Source: Octopus bimaculoides (Eukaryota). Taken from it: DNA of 64,000 nucleotides. Positions 25,301 to 38,900 of this stretch are shown here, one piece after another. The notes beneath the pieces were generated by a model. It was not told the DNA's origin. It searched no databases and was given only the letters and a program-made list of their open reading frames with translations. Each line of letters starts with the position of its first letter. The stretch's first letter is position 1. A program made the translations under genes and the position numbers. The stretch spans positions 28,056,753 through 28,120,752 of the forward strand of contig NC_068998.1 of assembly GCF_001194135.2 (NCBI RefSeq), in the 5' to 3' direction.

Positions 25301-28300
25301 TTGAATTCAAAGATGTAAAAATTTCATTAGAGTCTCACTGAGTTGCAAAGTCTCGTTTATCCTTAGCAACCAGTTTCTGACATCATAACTACAAACTTGC
25401 ATTATCTATTTATATCAATTTCAACTGAAATTTCTAAAATTTTACAATTTTTTTTTTATAACTGAAGCAATCCATACATACCCTAAATTTCAAATAATGA
25501 GATGTGAAATAAAAACAGTTGGGCATATATCTTGATAAAACTGGCAGAAATAGAACACCAAAAAATAATGAAAGTTTACCTAAAGTAAATTGAAACGCCT
25601 ATAAAAAGAAAGCGACTTTTATAGATTACCCTGATATTGATTTAAAAGTGAAGAAAGAAATTAAAAAAAGTGCAGGGATCATTAATACAATCTGTGCCAG
25701 AGTGATTTTTCCATGTGTATTAAACCGAGATGCTTAATTATTACACCTTATCTATCAATTAAATAATATTCAAATTCCAAATATCTTAATGACTTTGATA
25801 AAATGAACCAATTCACAACTGCCATTAGAGAAATGGCACTATCGTTGTTTTTTACATCTGCCGTTTCTATGCTGGTATGGGTCGAAGAAGACTTCTTGAA
25901 GCATCATTCTACAGCCAGATGCTCTTCTGGCAATCAATCCTTTCCAGGGAAAATGCTTAGCAGCATTTTGTCCATCCTTATATCCCGAGTTCAAATTTCA
26001 CCAAAGTTGGCCTTGTCTTTCATCCTTCTGAGGTCAATAAAGTTAAGTACCAGTTGAACACTGGGTTGATGTAATCGACTTAGCCCCTTCCTCAAAATTG
26101 CTGGACTTGTACCAAAATTTGAAGCCATAATTACATAAACCATTAGCAGGACAGTAACAGTAGAGCATTTTTAGAATCTAATGAAGTCTATAAAATATTT
26201 TCGGATTAGATATGTACTTTGCAGCATAGTATATCAATGCGTGTTGCATTAAACAATGTAAAAGCAAACTATTTGTTATTACTTTATAAAAACAACTATG
26301 TTGGGTACTATTACATCATTAAAATAACGAAAAAGTTTTAATCACCTGGATTTCATTTCTGGTAGGCCATATGTCTTTGAGGTATATTGGTTTTCCATCA
26401 GCACTATAACCTATGAATTATTTTACAGAAGGTAAACTTCATTTAGAAATATAGTTTAATTCTTTAGTATGTAAAGTAGCTATGAAAATACTTGAAATAC
26501 TGAGTCCAAAAATGAATTAGTATTCCATTATAAAACTGATTCACAAACATTGTGAAATAAGTTCACAATACAAATGAAACATCATAATTCTACATAATCA
26601 CAAATCAACTTAGCATTTCAACCCTCCAAATACAATATGCATGACAATAAATATAAAAATTTTCAACAGTATCAATATGCTGAGTCTATAAGTTACTTTA
26701 TAAATTTTATTAGTTAACTATGTCTTAGTAAAACACCAGTTCAATAAAGTTATTGCAACCACTAATTCCATCCACCAAAATCAATAATTTCTAGAATATT
26801 CATGCTGAATTCACCTTTTAAGTAAGTTTATCAATAAACTAAATGAATAAAATAGCAGCCTAGGCTTAAATGAAGCAAGTATATGAAGTGAAAACTTCAA
26901 TTACCTAATGGTTCTGTTTCGAAGTCTATGCAGATAGTTCCAGCTAAAGCATAGGCAATGACTAAGAGAGGCGAAGCTAAAAAGTTGGCTCGTGTAAGTG
27001 GGTGAACACGTCCCTCATAGTTTCTATTTCCAGATAGTACACCAACAGCCACCAAATCACCCTGTGAAATAAGACAATACATTTTGAACACTGAAATAAT
27101 TTTACATTTACAAGACATATTTTTACTTATGTTTTCTTTCATTTTTATGACATTTAAGAATAAAACAACAATTTCTTAACTGACACTGGACAAATTTTTA
27201 AGAAAGGAGAAAGGTAAAAGCTTAGAAACATCAGTTATAAGCAAGCTTACAAGTAAGTGGAAAAGAGGACAAACCTTTTCAATAGCTGTAGATACTTCTT
27301 CAGACAATGGGCCACTGTTTCCAATACAAGTCATACAACCATAGCCAACAATATTAAATCTGAAAATAAAATACAAAGACAATATCTTAAACATAATAAT
27401 ACTCCCACTGTTACTATTTTTATGTCTGGATGAATTTTTATTTGAGGAAAATTAATGTAGATTGGAAATAGTCTTTTTATGTTCATAAAGCTTACCCTAA
27501 TTCTTCTAGATAAGGTATAACACCACTTTCTTTGAGGTAATAGGTAACTACACCACTGCCAGGGGATAAACTAGTTTTGATGTAAGAAGGTACTTTTAAA
27601 CCAGCATCCACTGCCTTTTTAGCCAATAAACCTTTAAAAAAAAAAAAAAAAAGAGTAGATAAAGAAAAAAGTTTCATTCAGTAAATTTTGTATAAAAATA
27701 ATAATATTAATATTAATTTAAAATGCAGAGAAGAAACAAAATTTACCAAATAATGAGTTGTAAAGTAACCATTAATTTTAACATCATGAAAGGCTAAAAA
27801 TGAAATTATTTCTTAAAACACAAATATAATTAAAATTTCAAAACTAACCTGCTCCTAGCATAACAGAAGGGTTGCTGGTATTAGTACAACTAGTTATGGC
27901 TGCCATAACAACAGAACCATGACTTAAAATTTCTTCTTTACTTTTAAACTCAAATGGAATGGTTATATTTAATTTATCAGGAGGAATCTGGAAACCCTGC
28001 AAAACAGAAATGAAAGAACTCATTAACTAATGGTTCCTTATCAAATTATATTTTGGATTGGAATTCTTTTATGTACAAATGACAATGAATTTGTTCAAAA
28101 CTTTGGTAGCATCTTGCTGTACCTCAATATTTATGTTTTATATCATGAGATTCAACACTGTAAACATGTAAAATTTAAGATTCTAAGCATTTATTTATTA
28201 ATTTGGATTCTTTCTTCACCAAGGAAAGGCATACACATAGGCATATAGATACATAGATACAAAATGTGTGTATAGGTGTATCTCTTTCTCATATATGGAG

Positions 28301-31300
28301 AGAGAGAGAGGAGAAAGAGGGAGAGCAATGAATATCTACAAGAAAATTCTTATGTGGTTTACAAATAGGCTAACAACATTTTAATGCAGACAAATTTCAA
28401 AAGACATTTTGCAACTATGAAAATATTTATAAACAATATACTGAATCTTATAAGACCCATATTTCAGAAAGGCCAAAGAATATCATTAAGAGTGATGCAT
28501 TACAAAGCTGGAGCAACTTGGGGGTATATGAAGTGATGGTTCCTGCAAGCATTGACAAGAAGAGCCAGAATTGTAACAGTTTTAATCTTCAATAGACCTT
28601 TGTATTTACATTATAGTAATAGAGATTTCAAAGAGCAATTTGGTGCCTAGATGATATAGTGTGTATATGTTGTGGAAGGATTCCAACCACTCAACAAGTG
28701 ACTAAAAGTGGACTCTGACACATTACTATAAAATAAAGAACTGTGAGCAATTGGGGGTAAGCAGTTCACTGTTAGCCGTTGGCAGAGAATGTTTAACCTC
28801 ATGTGACAGTAATGTACTGTGTCATGTAAATACTCCTTTCCCCCTTTTTCGTTAAATTATTTATCCAACACCAGGATATAAAAGTATATATATGTACATT
28901 GCAATAATAGGCAAGCACAACAAGTTAGTCAATAAAACTCTGGGGAAATTTACTACATGACAAAGAAGAGATGCAGTCCAACCAACAGAATTGCAATATA
29001 CAATCAACTGTTTGTTTCAATGACTCACAGACAACCAGTTCACACACCTATAAGTATTTTTATTTTGTAAAATGTTCACACAACCAACAAATCTGTCAAT
29101 GATATCCAAAGATAGGAAGCAAGAAGTTATAATCTCTTCAAACTTCAAAATAAAGTAACTAGACAAGAGAAATAATAAGCACAATAGGTCTGTATCATTA
29201 ATCTCCTTTTTATATACAGCAATATAATAAACTTGCACAGTAACACTTCTTGCTAAGATAGCCAACACTGTTTTGCACCAATTTCTCATTAGTAACCCAG
29301 GTATATCTACTGAAAAAAAATGGAACAAACTACATTCTTTGATCACCAAAGCAGATAGAATCAGGAGCTCTTTCAGTAAAAGATGATCATTAACAGTAAA
29401 CAGCTAAAGCTTACATATGAAAAAATAATGAAAGGTTAAAATAAAAACAGTCTTATGTATGAAGTAATTTTGTATAAAATTTACCTTGAAACCAACTGGT
29501 GATATCAAACAGTTCTTGAAATCTTCTTTCATATTTGTCACTAATACCTTGTCATGAGGACGTTTGGGTCCTGAACAGCATGAACTTACTGTGCTCAAAT
29601 CCAATTCATAATACTGTTTAAGTAAAATAATAAAAACCAAAAGAAAAAAAATCATTAACATACATTTTCCCCATACACATATGTGAAATTAAGTTTGTAA
29701 CAACAAATGTTTATCAAACTATAATTTTGAACTCAATATTATATAAGCACCATAATATAATCTAGACAAGATAATCATTCTAAGATCTTGCAGTTATGGT
29801 TAGACTATGCTTTGCTGTTAATGACTAATAAAAATATCACAAAAACCATTTACTGTACCACAAAAAATCATGTGCACTCTCCACTGCATTCTATATTTAA
29901 CTGAATTTAATTAAAATTTCGGAGTGGTTTCCCCTATCTTTTTGTTAAAGTAAGACGATCGTTATAAAGATGTACTATACTTTTAGTTAACCTCGAGGCT
30001 TACTGTATGAAATATGCTTGCATGCACTTTACTACATGAGAATGTTGTACTTCAAGTACTAGCCATTTGCCTTTACAATTCACTTAGATAATATGTAAGT
30101 TCTTTTCTTGGAGTCAAATATCTTTGAAACATTTCTCAAAATGGAGAAAAATATAGATAATGTGTTCTAAAAGTAATGAGTAATAAGATTATAAAAAAGG
30201 GAACTGGCTGTTAAGTAAAGTAATAAATAAAAAAAAAGCTGAAGATTGTACAGGATGGTACAAGTCAAATCTTAAGTCAGCATAATAAACTTTCAATAAC
30301 CAAATTTCTGTTACTGATATTAACAAAGGAAATCTTAAGAGACAAATCCTTATGGCAAAGAAATTATGCTTTCAAGCAAGCCTTATCAAAATTATTTGCT
30401 GTAATCCAGCTGGGGAAATCAGTACCTATCTTGTTGAACAACTAATGTTAAACAAGGTGTCTTGAGATTAAACATTTTTTTCAATAATCCAGGTTGATAT
30501 CTAAATCCTAAACTGAATATAAAATTGCTCTGTCTGAAGACTGAACATCAGAAAATCAATCAAATCAATATACAATTGTAATAAGAGATAGTCTTACATT
30601 ATAAGGAACAGACTACCTTTGAAACACAATCTGATTGTACAGATACAAGGGGCAGTCAAAAGTTAACTGTACTTTTGCCAAAACTTTCTTTAGGTTGGTT
30701 GCACTGCCTTCAGCACTTGCATATTAAAAGGTGGCACTCTTGTGGATATGTAACCAAGGTTTGGCCTTTATTGTTACAATTTTCTTTTTTTGTGTTATGG
30801 AATAAACATGGCCACTCCACTGCCAGTGTGCACCAAGGAAGAACAGAGATTAGTGATCTGATTTCTCTGGCCTGGAGGTGTGTCAAGGTTTGAAATTTAT
30901 TGCAGGCAATATAGGGACAGTGCTATACTGCATAATAGTGTGTATGAGTGGAATGACAAGTTTAAAAATGGCCAGAGAAATGTGAAGCATGAAATGGGAG
31001 TAGGACACCCATCAACCTCCACCACTAATGTGAAGATTCAATAAGTTCAAGGGGCAGTCCTGGCAAACCAATGAATGACCATCAATGAGGTGGCATGTTC
31101 TCTGCAAATTAGTCATGTTTCTGAATACGAAATCATCTTTGATGAGCTTTACTTCTGTAAAGTCTGTGTGAGATAGGAGGCAAGAGAGCTTATCAAAGTG
31201 CATAACCACAACCAGTACTACGATGAAGGTGAAGCTGTTTTGGAAAGAATAGTCACACCAGATGAGACTAGGACCCATCACTTTGAGCTAGAATTCAAAA

Positions 31301-34300
31301 GGTAAAGTATGGAGTGGAAACACCTAGAATCGTCACCCAAAAAGAAATTCAAGACTCAACTTTCCATAGAAAAAGTGATGTTTTGGGGATGCAAAAAGGC
31401 CTATACGGACACATCAACTAGAAAAGGGGTCTACAGTTACCAGTATAGATTACAGTGAAACCAACAATCCACATCAAATGCTGAGGTCTATTGTCAAAGC
31501 AAGTATTATTGTTGCATGACAATGCATTCCCACATATGGCTGCCCCTGCCCCAGTTGAAACCATTGCAAAATCGGGTTTCAAGCAGCTAGAACATCCTGC
31601 ATAAAGTCCAGATCTCACCCCTTCTGACCATCACCACTTTGGACCATTCAACCATACTTTACAAGGTCATCAATTTCCTAAGAATGACAAAACACATGAA
31701 GTGATACATAAATGGCTGTGCAACTAGCCAAAAACCTTCTTCTCTGATGGAATAAGCAAACTAGTAGACAACTGGAAAAAGTACATCAGAAAGCAAGGAG
31801 ACCGTGGAAAAAATTATGCATTGTTCAACCCCTGCTTTTGATTAATAAATTACAGAAATAAGAGTGCATACAATTTTTGACTTACCATATATTTATATTC
31901 TAACTAGAGAAGACTATAATCAATCAGAATTTACCAATAATCAAAAACACTTTTTCCTTTAGATGTTAAATAAATTTCTAGATAAGAGAAATTCTACAAC
32001 TTACATCACTATATATAGGATCCTCCTCAGATTTGGTATAATCTCTAAACATTTTGTTTGCTTTAAGGAATGTTTCTATATATAAAAGTTTTTCTTCACT
32101 GCGATCTAAAAAGAAAGAAAAGTTTGCAGAAAAAGTGAAATGTAGCAATTACATACCACATCATAAAATATATATATATAATTAACTGTAAGAACATAAC
32201 AAACTGAATCTCATTTAGATTCAAAGTAAATTGTTTTCATGTCTAATAATGACTGACAACAACCATTTTCCTATTTTTGTATAAGTCTAGAATCCCAAGT
32301 AACAACACTCGTATTCCGATATCTAAACCTCAATTATCGAAACTGTGTTATTTTTAGACATAACTGAAATTTACTTAACTGAATGTCATCAAAATGCTTG
32401 TTTCAGAAAAATGTATGATGTATATGAATCAGACGTGAGCAAAAACTGATCCTCAAAACCTTGATTTTATCCAAACCCCCATTCACTTATAGATGGTAAA
32501 TATTTCTCATTACGATAAGAAATGCTTTGTGAAAATTATTCAACCTTGACTGCTTTAAGTTTAGACATAAAACAGCAAATCTTAGATTTATGTAAAGTAT
32601 CACAATACTGCAAGAGATAAGTTTTATAAAGTGACATATCCTTCAGTAATTATCAAAAAGAAAATAGTCATCAGAATTTTTACTTTAATAAATGTCTAAT
32701 ACACACAAGCACAAAGAAAAGATGTTAATGCAAAAACAAGATGAAATAAACCAAAGTAAATACAAAAATTAGCAATGGACAGATGAAAGAAAGTAAACTT
32801 ACGCGCGCGCGCGCACACACATCTGATTAAAAGTAATGTCAAAAATCTTACTGGTTTGTTGAAGATAATCCATACTCATTTGATCAATTGGAAAATAACC
32901 AACAGTAGCTCCATATTCAGGACACATATTGGATATGGTTGATCGATCAGCAATAGAAAGTTGGGCAACTCCTGGGCCATAGAACTCAACAAATTTACCA
33001 ACAACACCAACACTTCGTAGATGCTAGACAGAATAAAAAGAGAACATCTTAATATATAAATATAGAAAACTTTAAATCACACACTTGGTTTTTTTGTTGT
33101 TGTTGTTGTTGTTAGTTTTGTTCTATGATGTTGCTGAGAGAGGTGGGAAAGAAAGTATCCATATGGTAGAGAGAGAAAATTAAAGAAATGAAGCATATGA
33201 CTAGGTCAGTGAGAATAAAGAAAGAAAGTGAATGAAAGAAAAAATAAGTGAAAAAAGATAAAATGAAATACAAGAAGAAAATGACAAAGACAAGGAAGAA
33301 ATAAACTTCATTTTTGACAGGCATCACAATAATTTTCAAATAAAGATAAAGCCAAGACTCTAGTTACAGCATCACTGAAAATGATTGCCATAAAAAAACA
33401 TACAGAAGAAACCTTGAGCTTTTCTTTATCCCGAACTACAGCTAAAACTTTTAGTCCCTTGCCCCCCCAAAAAATTTCATCAACTTGATAAAATTCTCTT
33501 TCCTGCCATCCCTCAACAATGACAGTTCTGTGGGCAGACAAGGCCATTAGCTCTAATACTGTCATTACCCTCAAATACTGCACTTCAGAGTTTGACCTTA
33601 AACTCACCCAATTCCTATCTCTCAATAGAGATATTTCCTGATCTTAATGGTAACAGAGACAGCCATTAACAACAACCATGAATCGTTCACCTTAACCAGC
33701 AGCAGAGCTTTTGTAAAACCTTCTCCTTAGAGAAATTTAGTGAAAGTAATGTTGTTACCTTCAACATCAAAGTTCCTCTACATACTGATGTATCTCATCA
33801 TCTGCACCCCCATCTTAGTCCATCATTCTCTAAGCATCCAGGCTCATCACCTCCCATGACACACTGTCTGTGACCTCTCTTATGCTCACTTTCTTGTTCC
33901 TTAAGTGTTTGCTCTAGCACCCCATCACTACCTTCCCTTTATCACCTTTAGCCATGAATCTTCTCTATAGCAAGACGCCTGTGCATGTTTCTCTATTATA
34001 CTTTCCTACACAAATACTTCCTCTTAGTAGTGGGAATTTTCTCCCTCTTCTCTTCCCCCCCCCTGTTCCTTTCTGTCTTATAAGTTACACAGCAACCTCA
34101 CTAATGCTTGTGGCACAAAAAGTGCACCCACTCCACTCTGCAAAGTGGCTGGCATTAGGAAGGGCATCAAACCAGAGAAACCAAGTCAATGATGACACTG
34201 GAGTATGATGCAGCCCTGCAGCTTCTGGTTCCCTGTCAAATCATCCAACCTGTGTCAGTATGAAGAGTGGCTGTTAAATGATGACAATGATAATGAGTAA

Positions 34301-35870
34301 CCTTTTAGTATACAAACCATCAAAATAAACTATCAAAAGTTATTTGTGTTTATTCAGGCCAGCCAGACTCAACACACAGCATGAATAGCAGGATACTTTT
34401 CTCCTATCATGTCACTTCCTAAATTTCATCATGTTTATATGCATTTTTGCAACATATCCAGCATACTGCTGCCGACACTGCCACCACATCTCATCATTTT
34501 ATTTCTGTTTTTTCATACAGGCATGAGCTGATTAGGCTTTCTGAAATACTGCTTTATAACTAAGCACTCTGTCGCCAACCCTTTTAGTTGCCTCTGACAA
34601 TATGCAAAGACAGTATACCAATTCTAAATGTTTGGTGCACAGAGTATATATCCAATACCATTAATCTTATGAATGCTAAATAGCTAAAGTCATACATGGA
34701 GCCTCTATGGAAATTAAGGCAAATTCCTCTTCAGAATCCATATTATTAATGTAATCAGTTATTCTCTTCCCAGTCTGGTCAACTGGTTCCCACTATGATT
34801 ATTAACAATGATAATGTTGGTGTTAGGAAGGATATCCAGCTGTAGAAACCATGCCAAATCAGATTGGAGTCTGATGTAGCCCCTCAGCTTACCAGCTCTG
34901 GTCAAACCATCCAACCCATGCCAGCATAGACAATGGACGTTAAATGATGATGATGATGATGATGATGATGAATAAATGCTACTGTTGCTACTATCACCTC
35001 TACTACTATTTTCAGCCAATATCACAAAATGTTTTTCTAATAAAAACAAGTAATAAAAATATATAGAAATAGAAATGTATGAATTACCTTAGTAATTGTA
35101 AGGACCACATCAGTGGATGTTGTGTATTGATCAAGTTCACCAATCAATTTGTAACCAACAACTTTAGGAAGCACCATACTAATTGATTGACCAAGCATGA
35201 CAGCCTCTGCTTCAATGCCACCGACACCTAAAATAAATTATATTTGATTTTAGAGAAAATAAGACAACTTAATTGCTTTTATAAATAGTGACAACTATTC
35301 TTTAATATTAATATTAAAAATTTTTTCAAGTGTTAGTCAGCTGAGTTCATAAGACTCTAACCTTGCCTATTATAAGGTTGAAGCTTCCATCATTGGCAGC
35401 ACTATACCCTGTAACCCCTTGTAAAAATTCTTATCTATCAATGAACTAATCCTCCCACTTTTATTATGTGGAATTACAGTTCACTACTTGCTATACTAAA
35501 CTCAAATACTTCAGTAAGTCTGGAGAAGGCAACAGGAAACTCTTTTATTGTGTCCTCTTCTAATAATGACATAAGAGTCAACATTCGCCAATTTTCCATG
35601 AGTCAGTTGAATTACTCGTTAAATATTATTTACTATGTACTAACTCATTTTAATACTTTCTAAAAGATATTATCATTGCTATTTGCACCTGCAACAATAA
35701 ATCAAACTTTCTATTCTAAAGTGTGGCTGTGTGGTAAGAAGCTTGCTTCCCAACCACATTGTTCCAGGTTCAGTGCCACTGCATGGCACCTTGGGTAAAT
35801 GTCTTTTACTATAGCTGAGGACCAACCGAAGCATTGTGAATGGGTTTGGTAGACAGAAAATGAAAGAAGC

Positions 35871-35957
<87 letters not shown>

Positions 35958-38900
35958 GTATGTGTCATTTTACCCACTCCATCTCTTGACAACTGATGTT
36001 GGTGTGTTTATGTCTCTGTAACTTAGCAGTTTAGCAAAAGAGACCGATAGAATAAATACTAAGCTTACAAACAATAAGTCCTGAGGTCAGTTTCTTCGAC
36101 TAAGGCAGTGCTCCAGCATGGCTGCAGTCAAATGACTAAAACAAGTAAAAGAATGACTATGAAATTCACAGAAATGGTCTTTAGTGTTACCAGTGCTACA
36201 ATAGGAAAGAAGACTAACTGATGCAACTGAAAGAAGACTAACTGATGCAACTGAAAGCAAAGAAAAAAAAAAGGAACTAAAATGGAATCATAAAGTTATC
36301 ATAAAGCAAGAATCTTGATTTTAAGATGTAGAACAAGTGATTTTTATTTTAAGATAAGAAACTAATTCCTTATAGGGTATCTACAGGAGTTAAACATATT
36401 TAGCATTTAAGTTACAATACAAAGGTTGATCTAGACTGTCTTGAATTTCAAACACTAATCAATAAGACGAAGCCTCAACATAATCACTTCAGCTGTTAGA
36501 AATAGCAGCCAAATCCCTTTCATAGCATAACTCATCATACTAAAAAACTAAAACGGAAAAAAACCCCACTGGATAATGGGTTTCTAGTAAGAATATGTTA
36601 ATAAAAAGATGGGAGAATTATGGTTGGAATGCCTTGGATGAAAACTTATGAATGGTGAAACAAGAAAATACATATTGGAAAAATATGTACAAAAAAACTT
36701 GACTGTTTATACTATGCTCTAGTTTCAGTTGATGTCAAACAGCAGGATATACATATATATATATACACACACTCTATAATTTTGTAAATACAAATTTATT
36801 ATTTATATACAAGAATGTTGTCGACAGTGACTTCAAAGTTTCAGCCAGCTAAGCCATTGTCAGATTGCAGCCCAATGATGGTTTACCTGGCCAAAAGTTT
36901 GAAGCCACTGTCAACTACATTCTTGTTTATTGTGTGTGTGTGTGTGTGTGTGTGTGCTGATAAACACTACATATGTGAAGTATAAATTCTACACTACTTA
37001 AAACAATACACCAGTAGTCTTAACAAGCTAATTGTGCTCTGACACTTTAAGTGTTTACATTCCACAAGCACTACAGGCTGAAATCTCAATGAACTGAAGT
37101 TGTAAATTCCAGGAAATTGCTTAGTAAACTTAGTGAGTGCAACCATTTATAGCACAATAGCTGGATGTATGAACAAGTATGAACCAATAAACAGTTCTTT
37201 TAGTACTTGAGATAAACTGATATACCATTAAAAGCTGAATAATAGGAATTGGAGAGTTTCTACATCTGTAAAGAAATCAGATAAAACAAATAGGATCTAT
37301 TCTAAGTAGAATGTGATACAGAAGAATATATTAAATTTAAGAGGATTTAAAGCAGTTTTAAAGACGTTGTAAAAGAGAATAACAAGGTTATGGTTATTTA
37401 ATGACTGATAAAGTAGAGAGGATTATGAAAAGTGATGCTATTATATTTCAGTTTATGATGAAATTATATTTTGGCAGAATTAATTTATATTTTACTCTAT
37501 TTTTGTTAGATAAAAATTAAAACACTAATATTTCGAAATGCAATTATTATGGATTGGTAGAATTATTAGAATGTTAAACAAAATGTCTTGCAGTATTTAT
37601 TATGGCTCTTTAAGTTTTGTGTTTAAATCCCACCAAGCTTAACTGTGCTCTACATACCACCTGGAGTCAATAAAATAAAGTACCAGTCAAGTATCAGGTT
37701 GATTCCACCAAGATCAACTTTATTTTCCACCCCTCCGGGTTAAACAAAGTTTCTACCAGTCAAGTAATGGAGTTAATTTCATCACTTAACCCCTCATCTG
37801 CACACACACACAAAATAAAAATAATTATTTCAGCTATGATGTACACTTAAGCTTAGGTCTTTGGCATTGAGAGACACAATCTGCTGCACCAAATGTCACC
37901 TGTCAGGTACAACTGCTGCAGCACCACAATATTTTGCAATTACTGAAATTTACTTTGCAGAAAAATTCCTAATATGTAAGAATTTCTTCACTAAATAACT
38001 CTAAACATTTTCTCCATCCAGCATCCTGGCCACCTTAACTGACATATAGAACTGTTGGAAGAAACTCCTGCAGTATGTTATTGAATTTTCATGACAGTAG
38101 TGATGCTTATTGTTGTCCAAATGCATACAGTGGAGTACAATTCCTGCTTTACCCAGTTTACTGCTCACGTCACTTTCTAACCTTCATTAACAACTGATCA
38201 CACTACCCAGATAAGGAGAAATTATCTGAAGATGAATAGCTGGGTTGAGGCATTAACCTGCATCATCTTGGTCTTTTCAGTTAATTCTAAGCACAATATT
38301 TTATGCTTGTTCTTTGAGCTTAACAGTTCTCGCAGACCAACACACGTTTCTGTCAGCAGAACAATGTCATAGGCAAAGGTCAGGTCATAACGTATTTCCA
38401 CTTTCTTGGTGACATTTCTGTGTGACCCATCAGTTGCTTTTGTTATGTAAGACTTTCAGAAAAACTTTAAAGTGATTCATTAAAGCAAATTAAATAGGTT
38501 TCAAAAACAATCGGATTTGCCTTATAGTTTATAGACAATTCTGTGCTAGTTTATAAGAAACGCCTTCTTTCATGGCTGCCTACCAGCTCTCTGTCTCCCT
38601 CTGGATCTCCGCATGTAACTATGAAACTTACCCAGTAGTTTGATATTCATTAGTTAACACTGATTAAAACATAGCTCAAATTTAATAAGTGGTACAACAT
38701 TAAATGATGATTAATAAAGAATGATTTAAGATACAAATTGGTAACTTAATGCAATTATCACAACTTTCATCATCACAAATTCAACTGCTAGTAGGAAGAG
38801 TAGGAGTGAGAAGATGCAGCCAGTAACAACACCAAAATTTTTAGTATGGCTATTATCCCAACACTGTGGCTATAGTCCATGTTCAAATTCTTGAAAATGT

